64,000 bases of DNA from an uncultured Gemmatimonadales bacterium (GTDB taxonomy: Bacteria > Gemmatimonadota > Gemmatimonadetes > Gemmatimonadales > Gemmatimonadaceae). Under the pieces are notes generated by a model. It searched no databases. It saw nothing but the letters and a program-made list of their open reading frames with translations, and was not told where the DNA came from. This document shows positions 62,765-64,000 of this stretch, piece after piece. Numbering within the stretch: position 1 is the stretch's first letter; every line of letters starts with the position of its first letter. The position numbers were made by a program, and so were the translations under genes. The DNA is taken from assembly GCA_963793305.1 (NCBI GenBank), contig CAWBZV010000005.1:32001-96000 (forward strand), read 5' to 3'.

Positions 62765-63824
62765 TTAGCGACCCAGGAGCCTCCCTAGCAGGGAGCGCTC
62801 AGACCGTTCCTCGGGCTTGGCGGCGCGGCGCGCGGATTTCTTGAGGTTGGAGAACACGGTCCGCTCGCCATCGCGCGACGGCTGATAGGTCGTCGGGAAC
62901 AGCTTCGCGAAGTGCTCCTGCAGGATGTCCGGGGACCCGGGCACGCGCTGCGACGAGCACCACCGATCGAGATCGCGCCCCATCGACGCCGCCGTTGGCC
63001 GCGCACCGGGATCCTTCTCGAGGGCCATGGTGATGATGTGCTCGAGCTCCGTCGGAATATTCGGCACCCGCGCCCGAATATTCGGGATGGGATGCACCGC
63101 GACTTCATCAATCGCCAGTTGCGTGATGTCTTCCTGAAACAATGGCTCCAGCGCGAGCAGCTCATACAACACGACGCCCATCGCGAACACGTCGCTGCGG
63201 GCATCGACACTGAGTCCCAGCATCTGTTCCGGGCTCATATAGTGCTTCTTGCCCATGAGCATCTGCCGACCAGCCGCGGGATCGATCGAACGTCCGGGCC
63301 TTGGCGATACCGAAGTCGGCCAATTTGATATGGCCGTCCCAGGACGCCATGATATTCCCGGGCGAGACATCGCGATGCACGATATCCAATCGACGTTTGT
63401 CCGGCGTCACGAAGTTGTGCGCGAAGTCGAGCGCCCGGCACACACGGCTCGCGATGTACGCCGCCAAGTGGGGCGGGATTGGCGTCCCGAGCTCCCAGTG
63501 CCGGTCGATCACCATGCGAACGGTCGGGCCTTGGATGAACTCCATCGCGATGAAGTACTCACCCGAGACTTCGCCGAGCTGATAGATCTGCACGATGTTT
63601 CCGTGCATCAAGTTGGCGGAGAGCTTCGCTTCATCGATGAAGAGCTGCAGCCATTCCTGCTGCTTGGCGTATTGCGGATGAATGACCTTCAACGCAATGC
63701 GCTTCGCGAAGCCGGCGGGTCCTAGCTGCTCGGCTTCATACACGGTGGCCATGCCGCCAGAGGCGAGCTTTCTGACCAACCTGAAGGAACCTGCGTACTG
63801 GAGGAAGCGATCGTCGTCGGCCAT
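62765..63824 (-). CDS. Hanks-type Ser/Thr protein kinase; +1 frameshift near 63284-63290
   Basis: [24 protein letters not shown] then YMSPEQ, SDVFAMG in the next frame. Confidence 0.9.
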
Positions 63825-63833
63825 TTTATCTGG

Positions 63834-64000
63834 ATGCCCCTTGGGACGCCTCACGAACTGACCGACCTTACGATCATCGGTGCGGGTCCGACCGGGTTGT
63901 TCGCCCTCTTTTATGCCGGGATGCGAGGCGCCACCGCGCGCGTGCTCGATGCGCTGCCCGAGCTCGGCGGACAACTCGCCGCGCTCTATCCCGAGAAAGA
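63834..64000 (+). CDS. TrxB-like ferredoxin--NADP+ reductase (YumC-like), 3'-truncated by window edge
   Basis: own translation: [22 protein letters not shown]...[15 protein letters not shown]; not in the ORF track. Confidence 0.85.
   Translation, partial: MPLGTPHELTDLTIIGAGPTGLFALFYAGMRGATARVLDALPELGGQLAALYPEK

Noticed and set aside
14220..63295. Programmed ribosomal frameshifting or true pseudogenisation as the cause of split genes
   Set aside because: No slippery heptamers, the shared motif lies on the non-coding strand in glcD, gene functions are unrelated and there is no other decay
1..64000. Many long antisense or alternative-frame ORFs (e.g. 2960-4534, 5324-6880, 17020-18762, 44878-46530)
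   Set aside because: Arg/His/Gly-rich shadow ORFs expected in high-GC DNA opposite or overlapping real genes; no motifs
1..64000. CRISPR array, tRNA/rRNA, IS element, prophage or defence system
   Set aside because: No regular repeat-spacer pattern, RNA gene signature, transposase, integrase or defence gene recognised by eye

Overview
High-GC, very gene-dense bacterial DNA; gene content and order are compatible with a Gemmatimonadota-like genome (inference only). About 1-43 kb is a large surface-polysaccharide region: GT2/GT4 transferases, Wzx flippase, four GT-C (PMT/ArnT-like) membrane transferases, three acylation systems (AT3-SGNH fusion, AT3, MBOAT), NDP-sugar dehydrogenase, AsnB-like amidotransferase, two deacetylases (one fused to a DPM1-like GT2), a UbiA-type phosphoribosyltransferase, priming sugar transferase, SLBB export protein and Wzc. 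It is interspersed with cysK, a ThrC-like/MoaD-like/MoeZ module, mutY, gltA, an EVE protein and a soluble kinase plus sigma54 activator. Good sigma54 -24/-12 motifs precede several polysaccharide operons. 43-64 kb is mostly housekeeping: VWA and AAA+ ATPase, MFS, Mo-bisPGD oxidoreductase, small Met-rich lipoprotein, ygfZ, glcDEF, GH18-deacetylase-GT2 synthase, sigma70 factor, aroB, PduO, Ser/Thr kinase and the start of an FNR-like flavoprotein. Six genes are split by +1 insertions that can all be placed just 5' of GAT(G/C), probably a sequencing artefact of a modified DNA motif. At least seven genes have a TANNNT box 6-7 nt before the start codon (leaderless pattern). No rRNA, tRNA, CRISPR array or transposase was recognised. 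Family assignments are by motif recognition, not database search.
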